A stretch of 64,000 bases of DNA from Octopus sinensis (taxonomy: Eukaryota). The stretch is taken from contig NC_043004.1 in assembly GCF_006345805.1 (NCBI RefSeq), positions 91,078,001 to 91,142,000 on the forward strand, given 5' to 3'. Shown here in pieces: positions 51,054 through 63,654 of the stretch; the first letter of the stretch is position 1, and each line of letters starts with the position of its first letter. The position numbers and the translations under genes are program-made. Below the pieces are notes generated by a model. That model searched no databases, had not been told where the DNA came from, and saw only the letters and a list, made by a program, of their open reading frames with translations.

Positions 51054-51708
51054 ATAATGAAATTAATAAAGATCAGGAGAATGGAGATTTGCAAATCTAA
51101 GTTTTATTATACAGTTATGACATCATTCTTTGTCAAGACCTATGTGTGTTTCCACTGCTAGCCACTGCACACTGTTAAGTGTGCAGCTGGTGTTAATTAT
51201 TGGTGCAACTTCATCAGAGTCTATTATTACTACTAATCGGATATCATCTGAAAGTAGTATGAGCTTGACCAAAATTATTCCCTTATCTAGTGTTAGAGCT
51301 ACTATAAATAATCACATATCTCTTGATCTTTATATTACCCTAGTTAGTCAGGAATTTATTGCTACATTTGGTCTTAAAGTAAGCCAATGTTCTTGTATGT
51401 TCCTGCAAGTTCTTAATTCAAATCCTTGCTTGCCATCATTCTACTAATGTACAATAGTATTCTTATTTTTAAAAAAATTTTCCAATTAATTTTTGGTTTG
51501 TTAATGTTATTACAATTATTAAACTATGAGTCTGTTGCTTTCCTGATGAAGTTGCACCAATACTAAACACTGAGATACACACTTAACAATGTGCAGTGGC
51601 TTGCAGAGGAAATGTGCGTAGGTCTTGATGAAGAATGATGTAATTAACTGTATAATAAAACTTGGATGTGCAAATCTCCATTCTCCTGATCTTTATCAAT
51701 TTCATTAT
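51054..51708. repeat. Inverted repeat (~165 bp arms, ~325 bp spacer) directly upstream of the PLE coding remnant
   Basis: 51054-51217 vs 51543-51708; the inner arm ends carry CTGATGAAG; the spacer has a very decayed GIY-YIG-like reading on the minus strand. Confidence 0.8.
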
Positions 51709-51726
51709 ATATATAACTTTTACACT

Positions 51727-52952
51727 AACCCTACTGTTAGACTCATCTGCCCTTCTAAATCAGACCTTGGTAGGATAAGCTTATCATAGGTAAGTACATA
51801 CCCACAACTAAGAATGTCATTAAGCTTAAACTATGGTCTAGTTCATATAAGGAAACTGACTGGTTTACTAAAATCCCAGATAAAAACAAGACAAGATTCA
51901 TGCAAATCGACACATCTAACTATTATGCTTCAATTAATCCTCTCCTCTTAAATAAGGCACTCATGTTTGTTATGAGAAACTTAGCACTTACTAGAGTAGA
52001 AGTAGATATTATTTTAGCAGCTAGGAAATCAATTATAAAATTTGAGGAAGAGTACTGGGTGAGAAAGGACAGACAAAAGATATTCGATATAACTATGGGA
52101 TCAGTAGAGTCTGCACAGGCAACAGACATAGTAGGGATGTACATTTTATTCCGCCTGTATAAAGAACTCCTAGAAATAGGAGGAGGCCTCTACAGAGATG
52201 ATGCACTTTTCACCCTGTTTAACTCCTCAAACTGGGACAAAGAAAAATATAGGAAAAATTTCTTAAGGTTCTTTAAAAACATAGACTCAATGTCAACGTG
52301 GGTGACACAGCTGGGTATCAGGATAGGAGTTATGGTTTGACAACCAATATAGTTGAAGAGACCCCGAGGGAGATCCACAGTTGGCCTGGAAGTAGTGGAT
52401 ATGAATCCTAAAGGGCAAAGTGCTCAGGGTGTTTTCTCTGTTGAGAGGACTGATAGTTTAGAAGAAAGGCAGGAGAATACAAAAATCACATCTAGAGTAG
52501 ATGAAGTGGATGATGATGGAAGTTCTAGAACTATTAGTTGTGACTGTGTAAGGTACAGGGTCTTTCTGCTTGAAACATAAAAACATCGTATACAGATGTA
52601 AGATTACCCCAGAGAATAGGGAATATTTCTATATAGGAGCTAGCTCATGTTATATTAAGCAGAGAATTGCCAATAATTTAAATTCGTTTAGAAATAGAGA
52701 CAAAATGAATACTACTGGTGTTAGGAAGTTAATTTGGGCACTATAAGATAGTAACAAAGTATTTTTGAGTGCTTGGGAAATTACTAGTAAAGCAAAACCT
52801 TATAGAATAGGCAATAATAGATGTAACTTTGGTGTGGAAGAAATATACCAAATTTTCTTTCTAAATATACTATTATAAACACTAGACGAAAACAGGCTAT
52901 GAGATGTCCACATTGGATTAAATATATGTTTAAACGATTTAAAGAAACATAA
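51727..52952 (+). mobile_element. Penelope-like element pseudogene: RT plus C-terminal GIY-YIG endonuclease (Naiad-like motifs)
   Basis: RT: NPTVRLICPSKSDLGRIS...WFTKIPDKNKTRFMQIDTSNYYASI...ARKS...FDITMGSVESAQATDIVGMYIL...GLYRDDAL. EN: CDC...CLKHKNIVYRCKIT..NREYFYIGASSCYIKQRIANNLNSF...LIWAL...AWEITSKAKPYRIGNNRCNFGVEE...RCPHWIKY. Stops, frameshifts and a shortened thumb region. Confidence 0.88.
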
Positions 52953-52968
52953 ATTAAATGCCAAAACA

Positions 52969-53280
52969 TTCCCAGGTGAAGAATGCACCCCACAACATAC
53001 GTTAATAGTTAGCAACTTCAGGATCAGGGCTAAATGGCTTCCCAGAAGACGACCAGCATGGAAAAGAAGGGTCTGAAAGCTTAAGGATCCTCTGAATGGA
53101 CAGAGATTTAGATACAAAATACTTGAAGCTTTTGATGAAAAAGAGGAGGATATAGCATCACATAATGTGGAGGACAACTGGAGGTTCCTACAGGACAACT
53201 GTTGAGAGCCACTAACCACATCTGTGGCTAGTGCAAAGTCCCCTCTCAACCTAAGGGAACGTGGCGGTGGAACTACTGGA
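52969..53280 (+). mobile_element. RTE LINE internal fragment
   Basis: FPGEECTPQHTLIVSNFRIR...RRRPAWKRRV*KLKDP...VEDNWRFL; homologous to 28420-28740. Confidence 0.85.
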
Positions 53281-53334
53281 AACTGTAGTCAATCCATGGC
53301 TGGAGAGGGTTGCTACTGGAAGGTCATATGTGTA

Positions 53335-53640
53335 GCAACAAGATTCTGCTCCTAACCATAACTTAAGAAAGAGTCAAAAATGTTTGCTGGAGAAATAGCT
53401 CCAACTTCACCAGTATCAATTTCTGGCTTCCTAATTTCCCCAACTGTAATTCCATGGATCACTATGTGTGAAGTGCAGAGACACCAGCCACTCTGCCTGC
53501 AACATCAAGGTCAAACTGGCAACCAGCATCAAGGAGATCTTTGCTGACTTCCTCAGGGACGCAATAAGGATTACATGCACCAGATTCAAAGTGCTGTCTT
53601 GAGACTGAAGTGGAAGCTGAGGGTGGCTTCTTTGAGTAAA
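53335..53640 (+). mobile_element. maT/DD37D-type transposase C-terminal remnant
   Basis: QQDSAP...FWLPNFPNCNSMDHYV...CTRF...VEAEGGFFE*. Confidence 0.65.
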
Positions 53641-54121
53641 CTGTTATCTCCCAGTAATAATCTAATTGATATTTCTTTTTCAATACTTCAATCTTTGGAC
53701 GGGATATTATGTATTCTTTTCCTTTTATGCAAACTGTCAAATTTAGTCCAAACACCCTGTATGTATGTTACACGCACAAATTTGTCCAATAATTGCATCT
53801 TAACAATGTCATTATAGTCATGAATATTTGTGTTATGCAAAAACCATTATTATTATTATTATTTTATAACAATAATACCTCTTATCATTATTTTAAATAT
53901 CTATTGTTATTGCACAATAAATATAATAACTTCCAGTGAAAATAAGAATATAATTATTGTTATAAAATAATCATAAAGCTAAAATGTACACAACAGTTTA
54001 TGTGTCTTTTTAATGACTAACAGACACCTACAACAATTGAATTGATATACACATCTATATATATGAATGTGTGTGTTTTTGCATGTGTGTATGTGCATGT
54101 GTGTGTGGTATATATATATAT

Positions 54122-54340
54122 ATAAAGTTAATCCAAACAAGAAAGCACAAAAAACACAACAACACGAGGACGTGGAACAAATATAGTATTATTGGACGCT
54201 CAGGAAAGAAGGAAAGTTTAACGTTTTGAGCGGAGCTCTTCGTTGGAAACATAGGAGAAGGAAAGATCCAGAGAAGGGAAGACAGTGGAAAATAATTGCC
54301 AACGGTACACAAGCGGTCACATTTTGAAAGACCGGAAGGA
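54122..54340 (-). mobile_element. PLE/retrozyme-like short element with decayed hammerhead-like motif at 54216-54250
   Basis: GTTT-CCAACGA-A-GAGC tcc GCTC-AAAA-CG-T-T-AAAC; homologous to 8871-9070; flanked by (TA)n. Confidence 0.6.
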
Positions 54341-54352
54341 AATATATATATA

Positions 54353-54550
54353 CAGGGTTGGCCAAAAGTCAGCCGACAGTATATCAAAATTCCATAAAAA
54401 CTTAATATTCAGTTTTATTTATTCATTCCAATTATGAATGCTGTGAGTTTTCAACATTCGTCTATTTATTAGCAAAGTCTCATTAAACATAAATAAATCT
54501 TGGAATTAAATGGTTTTGATTTACTGTTAGGCGACTTTTGACCAACCCTG
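54353..54550. mobile_element. Tc1/mariner-type MITE
   Basis: TA|CAGGGTTGGCCAAAAGTC ... GACTTTTGACCAACCCTG|TA. Confidence 0.85.
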
Positions 54551-54558
54551 TATATGTA

Positions 54559-54597
<39 letters not shown>

Positions 54598-54811
54598 ATA
54601 GGGTATGAAAGATATTGTTGTCAAGAAGAACAAAAGGTGGCAGGTAACACTAAGTAACAGCCATATATCCTTGTCTATGAATGGATAGACCATGGTTAAG
54701 CTCCAGGTTCGATAATGATTCAAGTGAGGAGTCCAATGTGGGTCATGTATTAGCATGCATATATATAACTTGACAAAATGAGATAAAAAATCCAAGGCTG
54801 TAAACGAAAAA

Positions 54812-54859
54812 GTCTTACAGCTGTTTCCGGAATATTTTATATATCCCTTCATCAGAGAC
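54812..54859 (-). ncRNA. Minimal type I hammerhead ribozyme
   Basis: GTCT-CTGATGA-A-GGGATAT ataaa ATATTCC-G-GAAA-CAGCTG-T-A-AGAC: canonical core, 7-bp stem II flanked by unpaired A/G, palindromic stem III ACAGCTGT, GUA site. Confidence 0.8.
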
Positions 54860-54944
54860 AGTGCGAGAAAATGTTTGAGTATTAATTATTATAGAGAATA
54901 TATGAAATACAGAAAATAATTAATACTCAAACATTTTCTCACAC

Positions 54945-54993
54945 GATCTCTGATGAAGGGATATATAAAATATCCCAGAAACAGTTGTAAGAC
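54945..54993 (+). ncRNA. Hammerhead motif (mirror arm)
   Basis: TCT-CTGATGA-A-GGGATAT ataaa ATATCCC-A-GAAA-CAGTTG-T-A-AGA. Confidence 0.72.
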
Positions 54994-55066
54994 TTTTTCT
55001 TTATAAATGTTATGAAAACTATTTACAGCCTTGGATTTTTTATTTCATTCTGTCAATTTATATATG

Positions 55067-55747
55067 GTGAAGCACGACCTTCGAACTTTAGGTCTCACTG
55101 AGGAGATGACTAGAGACCGAGACCTATGGAAGTATGCTGTGCATAAGAAGATCCGGCAGGACTAGTGAGACCATTACCCATGGCCTCTACCTGGGATGTA
55201 GCCAGTCGACTTATGCATACCTTTCCTTCTTGGGACACAAAACTCCACTTGTGAAGACCCGTTGAGGCAAGTGGAAATCAAAATCAAATGAAATCAAATG
55301 AAATCAGAAATAAGAACCAAAATCGGAGTCGATCAACATCAATGGAAATAGCAGCTGCGATACCAGTGCCGGTGACACGTAAGCGTACCATCCGATCTTG
55401 GCCGTGGCCAGCGCTGCCCCGACTGGCCTCCGTGCTGGTGGCACGTAAAAAGCACCATCCAATCGTGGCCGTTGCCAGCCTCGCCTGGCCACCGTGCTGG
55501 TGGCATGTAAAAAGCACCATCTATCCGTGGCCGTTTGCCAGCCCTGTCTGGCACCTGTGCGGGTGGCACGTAAAAAGCACCCACTACACTCACGGAGTGG
55601 TTGGCGTTAGGAAGGGCATCCAGCCGTAGAAACACTGCCAGATCAGACTGGGCCTGGTGCAGCCTTCTGGCTTCCCAGACCCCAGTTGAACCGTCCAACC
55701 CATGCTAGCATGGAAAGCGAACGCTAAATGATGATGATGATGATGAT
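55067..55747 (+). mobile_element. 5'-truncated RTE LINE (ORF end plus complete 3' UTR and (GAT)n tail)
   Basis: VKHDLRTLGLTEEMTRDRDLWKYAV...* matches the end of 26381-26842; the UTR has only 2-3 diverged ~60 bp units. Confidence 0.9.
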
Positions 55748-55934
55748 ATAGGATTTTATCAAGTAGCTATCATGTAAAAACCAATTAAGGTATAAATTAA
55801 TACAAAGTATATAATTTAATAAATACAATTATAAAATTATAATAAGGGCAATTATGAGGGCACATTATGAGGCAATTATGTCACATGCTGGAAGAAGATG
55901 CCAAATGGCTCTAAACTACTTTATCTATCACATA

Positions 55935-56830
55935 GATATGTGCCGAAAGTAAGGGAATGAACAAAACAAATTTTTTGACTTTTCTTGCAGAACTGAATTC
56001 CATTCATGGCACAGTCTTGCCTTCTGAGTGTCAAGTGAAGCATGAAGTGTGCTGAAGACCCTTGTCTCTAAAATGGACTAAACATAAAAATCCAAAAGTT
56101 TGAGATCGGGGTTTCTTAACAGCCATATATCCTTGTCTATGAATGATGGAATGTTTTTCTGAATCCAGTGATGTCTCTGTTTGGAGCTGTGGGATGGTGC
56201 CAGGTCCTGCTGGAGGCTGCAAGGTGCACCTTGAAAGTGTTCATTTGCCCATGGAAGCAGTTCAGTGGCCAGAATGTCACCAATGTATCACTGGGTGTTA
56301 ATCTTAACACCGAAGGGAACAAGAATGAGAAGAGACCTTCCGGTGGCTGTCACAGCAGCCCAAACCATAACTGACTATAGATTTTGACATTGATTTACGA
56401 GTCTACCTTCGACATAGCCAGATACACTCCAAAGTCAGTCATTCTGGTGGTTTATTGTGTTTGATGTCAAATTTCTTTTCATCAGTGAACACCAGGTTGG
56501 GCAACGTACCTTTAGCAATCTGATGCAGGATAAGACGACTTTTTTTCTGCCTCATGGCCCTTTAAACTTGCGTGAGCTCATGACAAAGGATCATCTTGTA
56601 GGGGTGGGTCCTGAGATCCTCCTTCAGCACTTGATACATCAATGTTCGGCTTATTTTTGCTGTGGCAGCCAGTTTTCTGATGGAACAATGAAGATTTCAC
56701 TGTATCATTTCTCTGGTACTTTGATAAGCTGAGGGGCCTGCACACTTGTTTTTTTTTTTTTTTTTTGGTCATTTCCAGGTCAATCAGCATTGGAACCACT
56801 CTCTTGAAATTTCTAGACAATTTTCCAGAC
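55935..56830 (-). mobile_element. maT/DD37D-type transposase remnant
   Basis: VFTDEKKFDI, NHQND, VMVWAAVTATG...KINTQ*YI..IL, LQQDLAPSHSSK, FIDKDIWL..NPDLKLLDFYV. Confidence 0.8.
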
Positions 56831-57479
56831 TGTACTTCAGTTAATTCTAAGCTTTTTTGTTATAGTTGTATTACTTTCACTCCTTTGTGGATGGTTATGA
56901 TTGTATTTCAGTCTACAGCCAGGATTTGATTAATCCTCATCAGTGACCCCTACTCAATTGCTGAGGGCTAAACCTAACTTGCCTTGTCAATTTATAGAAA
57001 ATACTGTAGGAATCAGTGATGGAGTCAGTCATTAGGTAAGTGCTTGCCTGAAGCTAAGAGCTGTTTTGACTCTTATTTCTAGCAATGCTGATGCTAACTT
57101 GTACCCTTAGTCACTTTAGTGACAATTGAATATATACATACATATATAGCAAAGAGGCATGGCTTTAATGCTAGTCTGATGAAGTGCCACTATTACATAT
57201 TCAATCACACATATAGCATAATTTTTCACACAGAATCAATTACATGGAATTTGGTTGAAAATGGAGTGGGACAAGAACAGTTGCAATGAATATTAAAGTT
57301 GTGTTAAGAGATTCTTAATTTTTTCCTCATTATATTTGTTAGAGGCACCTGGGGTTCTTGCACCAGTGGGTTTGTAAAGCTTTTAAGTCCCAGAATGATA
57401 TAATAAATAGCCAATGTTCTGTCAAGTGCTGCATTAGAAATACACAGAGTTTCTACTGAATCCAGACCCACACTATATA

Positions 57480-58460
57480 TCCATATATCCATTTTGTCCG
57501 CCCATTTTACCTAGGAGAATCATGGGAATCTCCATAGGATCTTATCAGAAGCAACCATCCTTACACTTTCTGGCTGGATTCCCAAGTGTGGCCAACTGAG
57601 ACAATGAATATTATCCTACCATCTTGTTCTTAGTCTACCTCTAGGTTAGCTGGCTCAGCATAAAGATCCTGTCTTGCGAGTCTTTCCTGCAACATTCTAA
57701 TCATGTCCATAGGCGTAAGAGTGGCTGTGTGGTACGTAGCTTGCTTACCATCCAGATGGTTCCGGGTTCAGTCCCACTGTGTGGCACCTTGGGCAAGTGT
57801 CTTCTACTATAGCCCTGTGAGTGGATTTGGTAGACAGAAACTGAAAGAAGCCCATCGTATATATGTAAGTGTGTGTGTATATTTGTGTGTCTGTGTTGGT
57901 CCCCCCTCCCAACATCGCTTGACAACCAATGCTGGTGTGTTTACGTCCCCGAAACTTAGCGGTTCGGCAAAAGAGACCGATAGAATAAGTACTAGGCTTA
58001 CAAAGAATAAGCCCTGGGGTCGATTTGTTCGACTAAAGGCGGTGCTCCAGCATGGCCATAGTCAAATGACTGAAACAAGTAAAAGAGTAAAGAGAGCATT
58101 GGAGCTATGTCCTCTCAATCTAGAAAGACTCCTTGACTTCCGAGTTATGTACGCTGTTGAGAAATGGTACACCAGAGATCCTTCAGAGAAACTCCATTTT
58201 GGCTGCATGTATTCGTAATTGTATTCTTTTGGTTGTTGCCCAACATTCATGACCACAGGTGAGGATAGGTATGGAAACAGAATTGAAGATATCAAGTTTG
58301 GCATTTTTACCAACCTCTTCTCTTCTGAGTATAAAATGTTGGAGCCTGTATGTTACCATGTCAGTACCAGCAATTCTGGCATGCAATTCACCTACCTACT
58401 TCCCATCACTCATGAATATGGTGACAAAATTCTTAAACTTCTCCACTTGCCTCAATGATG
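57480..58460 (-). mobile_element. Older RTE LINE C-terminal fragment interrupted by a SINE
   Basis: KNAKLDIFNSVSIPILTCGHECW...RIHAAKMEFL resumes after the SINE as IRMLQERLAR. Confidence 0.65.
57710..58096 (+). mobile_element. SINE family A
   Basis: Family A consensus. Confidence 0.88.
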
Positions 58461-58464
58461 TTCC

Positions 58465-58865
58465 GCAGGAGTGGCTGTGTGGTAAGTAGCTTGCTAACCA
58501 ACCACATGGTTCCGGGTTCAGTCCCACTGCGTGGCATCTTGGGCAAGTGTCTTCTGCTATAGCCCCAGGCCTACCAATGCCTTGTGAGTGGATTTGGTAG
58601 ACGGAAACTGAAAGAAGCCTGTCGTATATATGTATATATATATGTGTGTGTGTATGTGTTTGTGTGTCTGTGTTTGTCCCCCTAGCATTGCTTGACAACC
58701 GATGCTGGTGTGTTTACGTCCCCGTAACTTAGTAGTTCTGCAAAAGAGAGTGATAGAATAAGTACTGGGCTTACAAAAGAATAAGTCCCGGGGTCGATTT
58801 GCTCGACTAAAAGGCGGTGCTCCAGCATGGCCGAAGTCAAATGACTGAAACAAGTAAAAGAGTAA
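58465..58865 (+). mobile_element. SINE family A, full length
   Basis: Family A consensus. Confidence 0.9.
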
Positions 58866-59578
58866 CATGCACTGGGAAAACTTTCTTCTCAATACTAATT
58901 CTCGTCTCTGCTGTACTAGGCAGCAAACAGATTCGATGCATGCAAGAGGTCACCTTCTGATGAGCCAAGTTGCACCATGTCATTTACGCTATATATCTTT
59001 TATCTTTTACTTGTTTCAGTTATTAGATTGAGGCTAGTTGAATGAATGGACCAGTACATTTTTTCTTTTCTCTCGGTTTCTTTTGCTGAACTGATGAGTT
59101 ACGGAGGTGTAGACGAAGCTATAGAAGACATTTGGCCAAGGTGCCACGCAGTGGGATTGAAACTGGAACCATGTAGCTGGGGAAGCAAGCTTCTTACCAC
59201 ACAACTAAGCTTGCGCCAATACACACACACACACACACACCTGCTATACTTTACTTTAAAATATAAATCAATAATTTGTTTTCAATTTAAATTTACTGGG
59301 CGAAATTAAAATATTTCTATTTCTATCGTTGCAGAATGTCAGTAATATAACAAGTGGAAGAAATGGTGTGGATTATATCGTGTGAAGTCGACCCCAATGA
59401 CAATTTAAATTCAGCATTTAAAGAGAGAGGAGCACGTAACTAAATACAAGGCATTTTGTAAGACACTTTATCAATTTGGCCATTAGCCACAGACGTACAT
59501 ACATGTTTGTTTCGGGCGCGCCAAAATTTATGGCGTATGAAAGAAGTAACAGGCTATATAGCATTCATTTTACACTGT

Positions 59579-59583
59579 TAATA

Positions 59584-59640
<57 letters not shown>

Positions 59641-59893
59641 TGTGCACAGTGCTCAGGTGCACTACAACTCATCTAAAGTGTATATATAATCAGGTGTAAT
59701 TTCGGCGGATTTCGGAAAGCATGAGGGCCTTAAAGGATGCAGTGTCATGGCAGTCAACAACTGACGCAGGCAGTTTATTCCATGCTTCAGCAACTTTGAG
59801 CGTGAAAAAATGTTTCCGAAAGTCATGGGAGCTGTGTTGTTTTCTGACTTTGTAGGCATGTCCACGTGTGTTAGACACATGGAGATCAAAAAG
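59579..59893 (-). mobile_element. CR1/L2-type LINE 3' fragment with (ATT)n tail
   Basis: SNTRGHAYKVRKQ...RKHFFTLKVAEAWNKLPASVVD...FKA, the typical CR1 C-terminus; short UTR then (TTA)n. Confidence 0.85.
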
Positions 59894-60177
59894 GTGTTAC
59901 TACTAGTAATAATGGGTTTATTGTTTGCAAGGCTTTGGTGTACTAAAACTTGTTAGAAAAGCTAAAAAGTAAGGGTAGAATGCAGCAATAAATCAAGTAA
60001 AAACAGCGACGGAAGCAAAGAATGCGCACACCACCCATTTTCGGCGTAACCTAAACCCTAAACACCGGGTGTGCGTATTCTTTACCTTCGTCAAAACAGT
60101 AATGTATAGTACACAGGAAAACAGAAAAATGAATGATAAATGTGCTATAAACAGGAAAAGTACATAGGCACGTCAAG

Positions 60178-60201
60178 TCTATCTATCTATCTATCTATCT
60201 A

Positions 60202-60280
<79 letters not shown>

Positions 60281-60296
60281 GTCTGTCTGTCTGTCT
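60178..60296. repeat. (ATCT)n/(GTCT)n tetranucleotide microsatellite
   Basis: Directly visible. Confidence 0.95.
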
Positions 60297-61082
60297 AATA
60301 CACACACGAATGGAATAAACATCTCTCAACTCACTTCTCTTATCTATTCAATGTATGTACACACACACACACACACACACACAGACACAGAGCAGAAAAA
60401 GAAATTAGGTGTACATTTTCAAAAAGTTTAGAAAATAAGCTCATGAAATTAGGATATAATTCCGACAGGTACGTGGTTGGATTTAGTTGTTCAAACTTTC
60501 TTTTTAACATAAAAAAACCCCTGACTCTCACTTTTTCATTCACTCAGTCCTCTTCATTTCTCCACTTAGTATATGAAATAAATAAATCCTTCACTTAAGG
60601 TTCCACAACGAAGCTTCGGAGTGATCACCACATCTGTTATATCAAAAACCTTACCGACTTAAAATAAAGAATAGATCTTTAAATATGTTTTTCAACATAC
60701 CTTTAAAAAATAAAGGATAGGACAATCCTACAGAATAGAGTCGGAAATTTTCTAGTGCGCCAAAGGAAAAAAAAAGGATCTTTTCATTTTGAAGGCCAGA
60801 TTTTCCTAGTTAACTAAACAACTGGCCTTCAAAATAAAAAGATCCAAAGGAATTTCTGTGGGTCTGTCTGTGTTAAGTTTTGTAGCAAACGAATCGGCAC
60901 CCCAACCCTATTTTGGGCAGGTGGGAGTTATTTTTGATACATAAATTTTTTAGTCTGCTCTTTCCTAACACTTTTTCTGAAATATGTCACGCATTATTTT
61001 GAAAAATCCTTTCAAATGCTTAAAACACATATATATAAAAATAAAAAATGTAAAAAAGAAAATCGTCACTGAATAATTAATG

Positions 61083-61269
61083 GGTATTTCTTTACTACCC
61101 ACAAGGGGCTAAACACAGAAGGGACAAACAAGGACAGACAAACGGATTAAGTCGATTATATCGACCTCAGTGCGTAACTGGTACTTATTTAATCGACCCC
61201 GAAAGGATGAAAGGCAAAGTCGACCTCGTCGGAATTTGAACTCAGAACGTAGCGACAGACGAAATACTG
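61083..61269 (-). mobile_element. SINE family D, 5'-truncated
   Basis: Reverse complement of the 42067-42299 consensus. Confidence 0.88.
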
Positions 61270-61945
61270 AATAATTAATGGGGTCGGTGTTAACTCTCTA
61301 CCCACTTTTTTTTTTTTTTTTCTAATTCGTAATCTCCGATACTTAATCTTTTCGAAGAAATCAATGTTTATGGTGCATGGTACACTTTATTTCTATAGGA
61401 ATACTTAGGATAGTCATAGTTAGAAGTTAGTTCGGTATATCTACACCATCGACTTTATTTCCTCACAATTTTCACAAAAATGAAGGGTTTTTTTATGACA
61501 TCTGAAGGAATTCCGATGGTGTAGCTTACGATGTATTGAACTTTAACGTGAGAAACAAAACAGAACTTTGTGAGCGCGCATACATTCATACACACATTAA
61601 AACTTAAAATTTTGAAAAAAATAGTTGCGGCAGAACGTGTGTGCGCGCCCACTAATTTGTTTTGTTTTCTTTTTTTCCACATTAAAATAATAGTCATCTA
61701 TCCGATGTGAAAGGTATTTATAGAAAATTTTATTAGGAAAATATTAATTTTTCTGAAAGTTATGCGCAGAGACAAAGTTGAAGCGGGGGGAAGGGGACAC
61801 ACTTGGGTAAGTACACCTGTATTTAATCATAGGTTTTGCTCAATCACCTTTGACTTGGGGGCTCATCGGTAACAATTAAACATCACCACCACCACCACCA
61901 CCACCACACTCTATTGCACACCTCTTCACATCAGTCGCCACTTAC

Positions 61946-62121
61946 CTGAAACATTGTTTATGAAAAATAACATCATGAACAGGGCCAGCTCTCTCGTATT
62001 GGTAGACAATATTATCACATCGAAAACATATACTCCTCTCCTGGATTATAGGATGGAATATATGGGATAAATTCTGAAATCTTCTCTCCACTTGACCATT
62101 TTTATCATCCTCTATCGACAT
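61946..62121 (-). CDS. Probable first coding exon of a LIM-domain protein (N-terminal LIM, hillarin/LTD-1-like)
   Basis: MSIEDD...CFRCDNIVYQYERAGPVHDVIFHKQCF(R) matches the first half of a LIM zinc finger (C-x2-C...H-x2-C). It ends at a canonical donor CAG|GTAAGT (intron starts 61945, phase 2). The ATG at 62121 has an upstream in-frame stop, and candidate acceptors lie at 62144 and 62162. The hillarin-like assignment is from recollection of the motif VY..E+.GP+....FH..CF. Confidence 0.72.
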
Positions 62122-62818
62122 GACTGTCCGTTGGAGAAACACACTAGGAAACTATTCACCACTGACAACAATACATAGGCTATGTTATTGTTATGAATTA
62201 TTATTAGCAGTAGCAATGTTAGTGGTGGTATTCCTTTGTTGACTCTTGCTCTGGACTTCGCCTGCCTATATCACCCTCTCTCTCTCTCTCTCTCTCTCTT
62301 TCTATGCCAGCCTTTCTCTCTCTTTCTTTCTCACTATCCCAGTCAATGTCTTCTTGTTTTCCTTCTCTCTTTCCCTTTTCTCTCTCTTTCTCACTTTCCA
62401 GTCAATATCTTCTTGCTTTCTCTCTCCCTCTCTCTCTCTCTGTGGTGTATGTCAAGTAAAGTGCGTGCGTGCGTGCTCACGAAACAAGGAAAGTTTAGAC
62501 CAGAAACGTGTTCGTGTTTGTGTGTGTGAAAATCTGAAAGTTTAAGTTCAGAAGAGTGTGTGTGTATGTATAGAAGAGTGTAAGAGAGAATGAGAGAAGG
62601 CGTGTAGGTGTGTGTGTGTGTGAGCGTGCGTATGTGAGTGTGTGCATATGTATGTTTGTACAATACAAGAACTGTCAAAAAAACCAATACGAAACTTGTT
62701 TACTCTCTCTCTCTCTCTCCTCGATTAAAAAAACCTCACTCACACACGTACCTGTACACACTCTGTCACAGATGGTCACACCAATACATAAACAGTAAGT
62801 CTCTAATTCTCCTTTACT

Positions 62819-62860
<42 letters not shown>

Positions 62861-63257
62861 CACGCACACACGCAAGTTCTCTCATACATAAACACAAAAG
62901 GGCTCTCATACATAACACCATTTACACACGCTATTTCTCATACATAAACACACACACGCGCGCACACATGCTCTCTCACACATGAAAACATTCACACATG
63001 CTCGCGCTCCTCTCTCTCTCTCTCTTTCTTTCTCTGTCTCTTTCTTTCTTTCTTTCTTTCTTTCTCTCTCTCTTTTTCTCTTTCTCTCCCTCTCTCTCTC
63101 TTATCTAAACACACGCCAGTGTGAGAGCTTGCGTATACATATTACATACTCTCTACCAATACGTTTAACTCTTCAGTAATTTATACTCTACCTGGATTTG
63201 ACCAGCTATTCCAGCCAGTTTACATGTCCATCTCTATAGATTCAACTTTCGGATCTA

Positions 63258-63568
63258 TTCCGTTTTGACGAAGATTTTTCCAAACCTTTGTTCACCACGT
63301 CTTACAGTATTTGGGGGATGAAGATGGGGGCATCTTTTTATGAAGAAATTTTCTGAAGATTTTTTTCACTTCACCCTTCCCTCGCCACCCTCTCCAGACC
63401 GATCTTGGCCAATTGTTTTGGCACCTCGTACTTAAAAACCACGAGAAAAGTGAAAAAAATCACAAATTTTCAAAACTTTTCTTTCATAAAAGGATGACCC
63501 CACCACCACCACCATTCAGGAGGCTAATGGTGAAAAAATATATTGAAAAATTCCTCGTCAAAACAGAA
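63258..63568. mobile_element. Possible MITE with ~25 bp TIRs
   Basis: TTCCGTTTTGACGAAGATTTTTCCA vs TGAAAAATTCCTCGTCAAAACAGAA. Confidence 0.45.
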
Positions 63569-63654
63569 AATCCAACTAACGTGAGCGTCCTGTTCCGAAA
63601 CTTCGTCTAACTTTCATCCTCAAAGCGTTCGTCTTCTAATTCCATTTGCATTGT

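Larger units (their letters stand above)
54758..55066. repeat. Foldback palindrome (~310 bp) with a hammerhead in each arm
   Basis: Arms mirror from CATATATA...TCCAAGGCTGTAAA to TTTACAGCCTTGGA...TATATATG, with some indels. Confidence 0.9.

Noticed and set aside
51543-51575. Hammerhead in the PLE inverted repeat
   Set aside because: CTGATGA is present but GAAA and stems I/III are not recoverable in either arm, so it is not called as a ribozyme.
54657-54684. ~28 bp identity with 56118-56145
   Set aside because: Both are fragments of the same maT transposase motif (FIDKDIWL), not a regulatory direct repeat.
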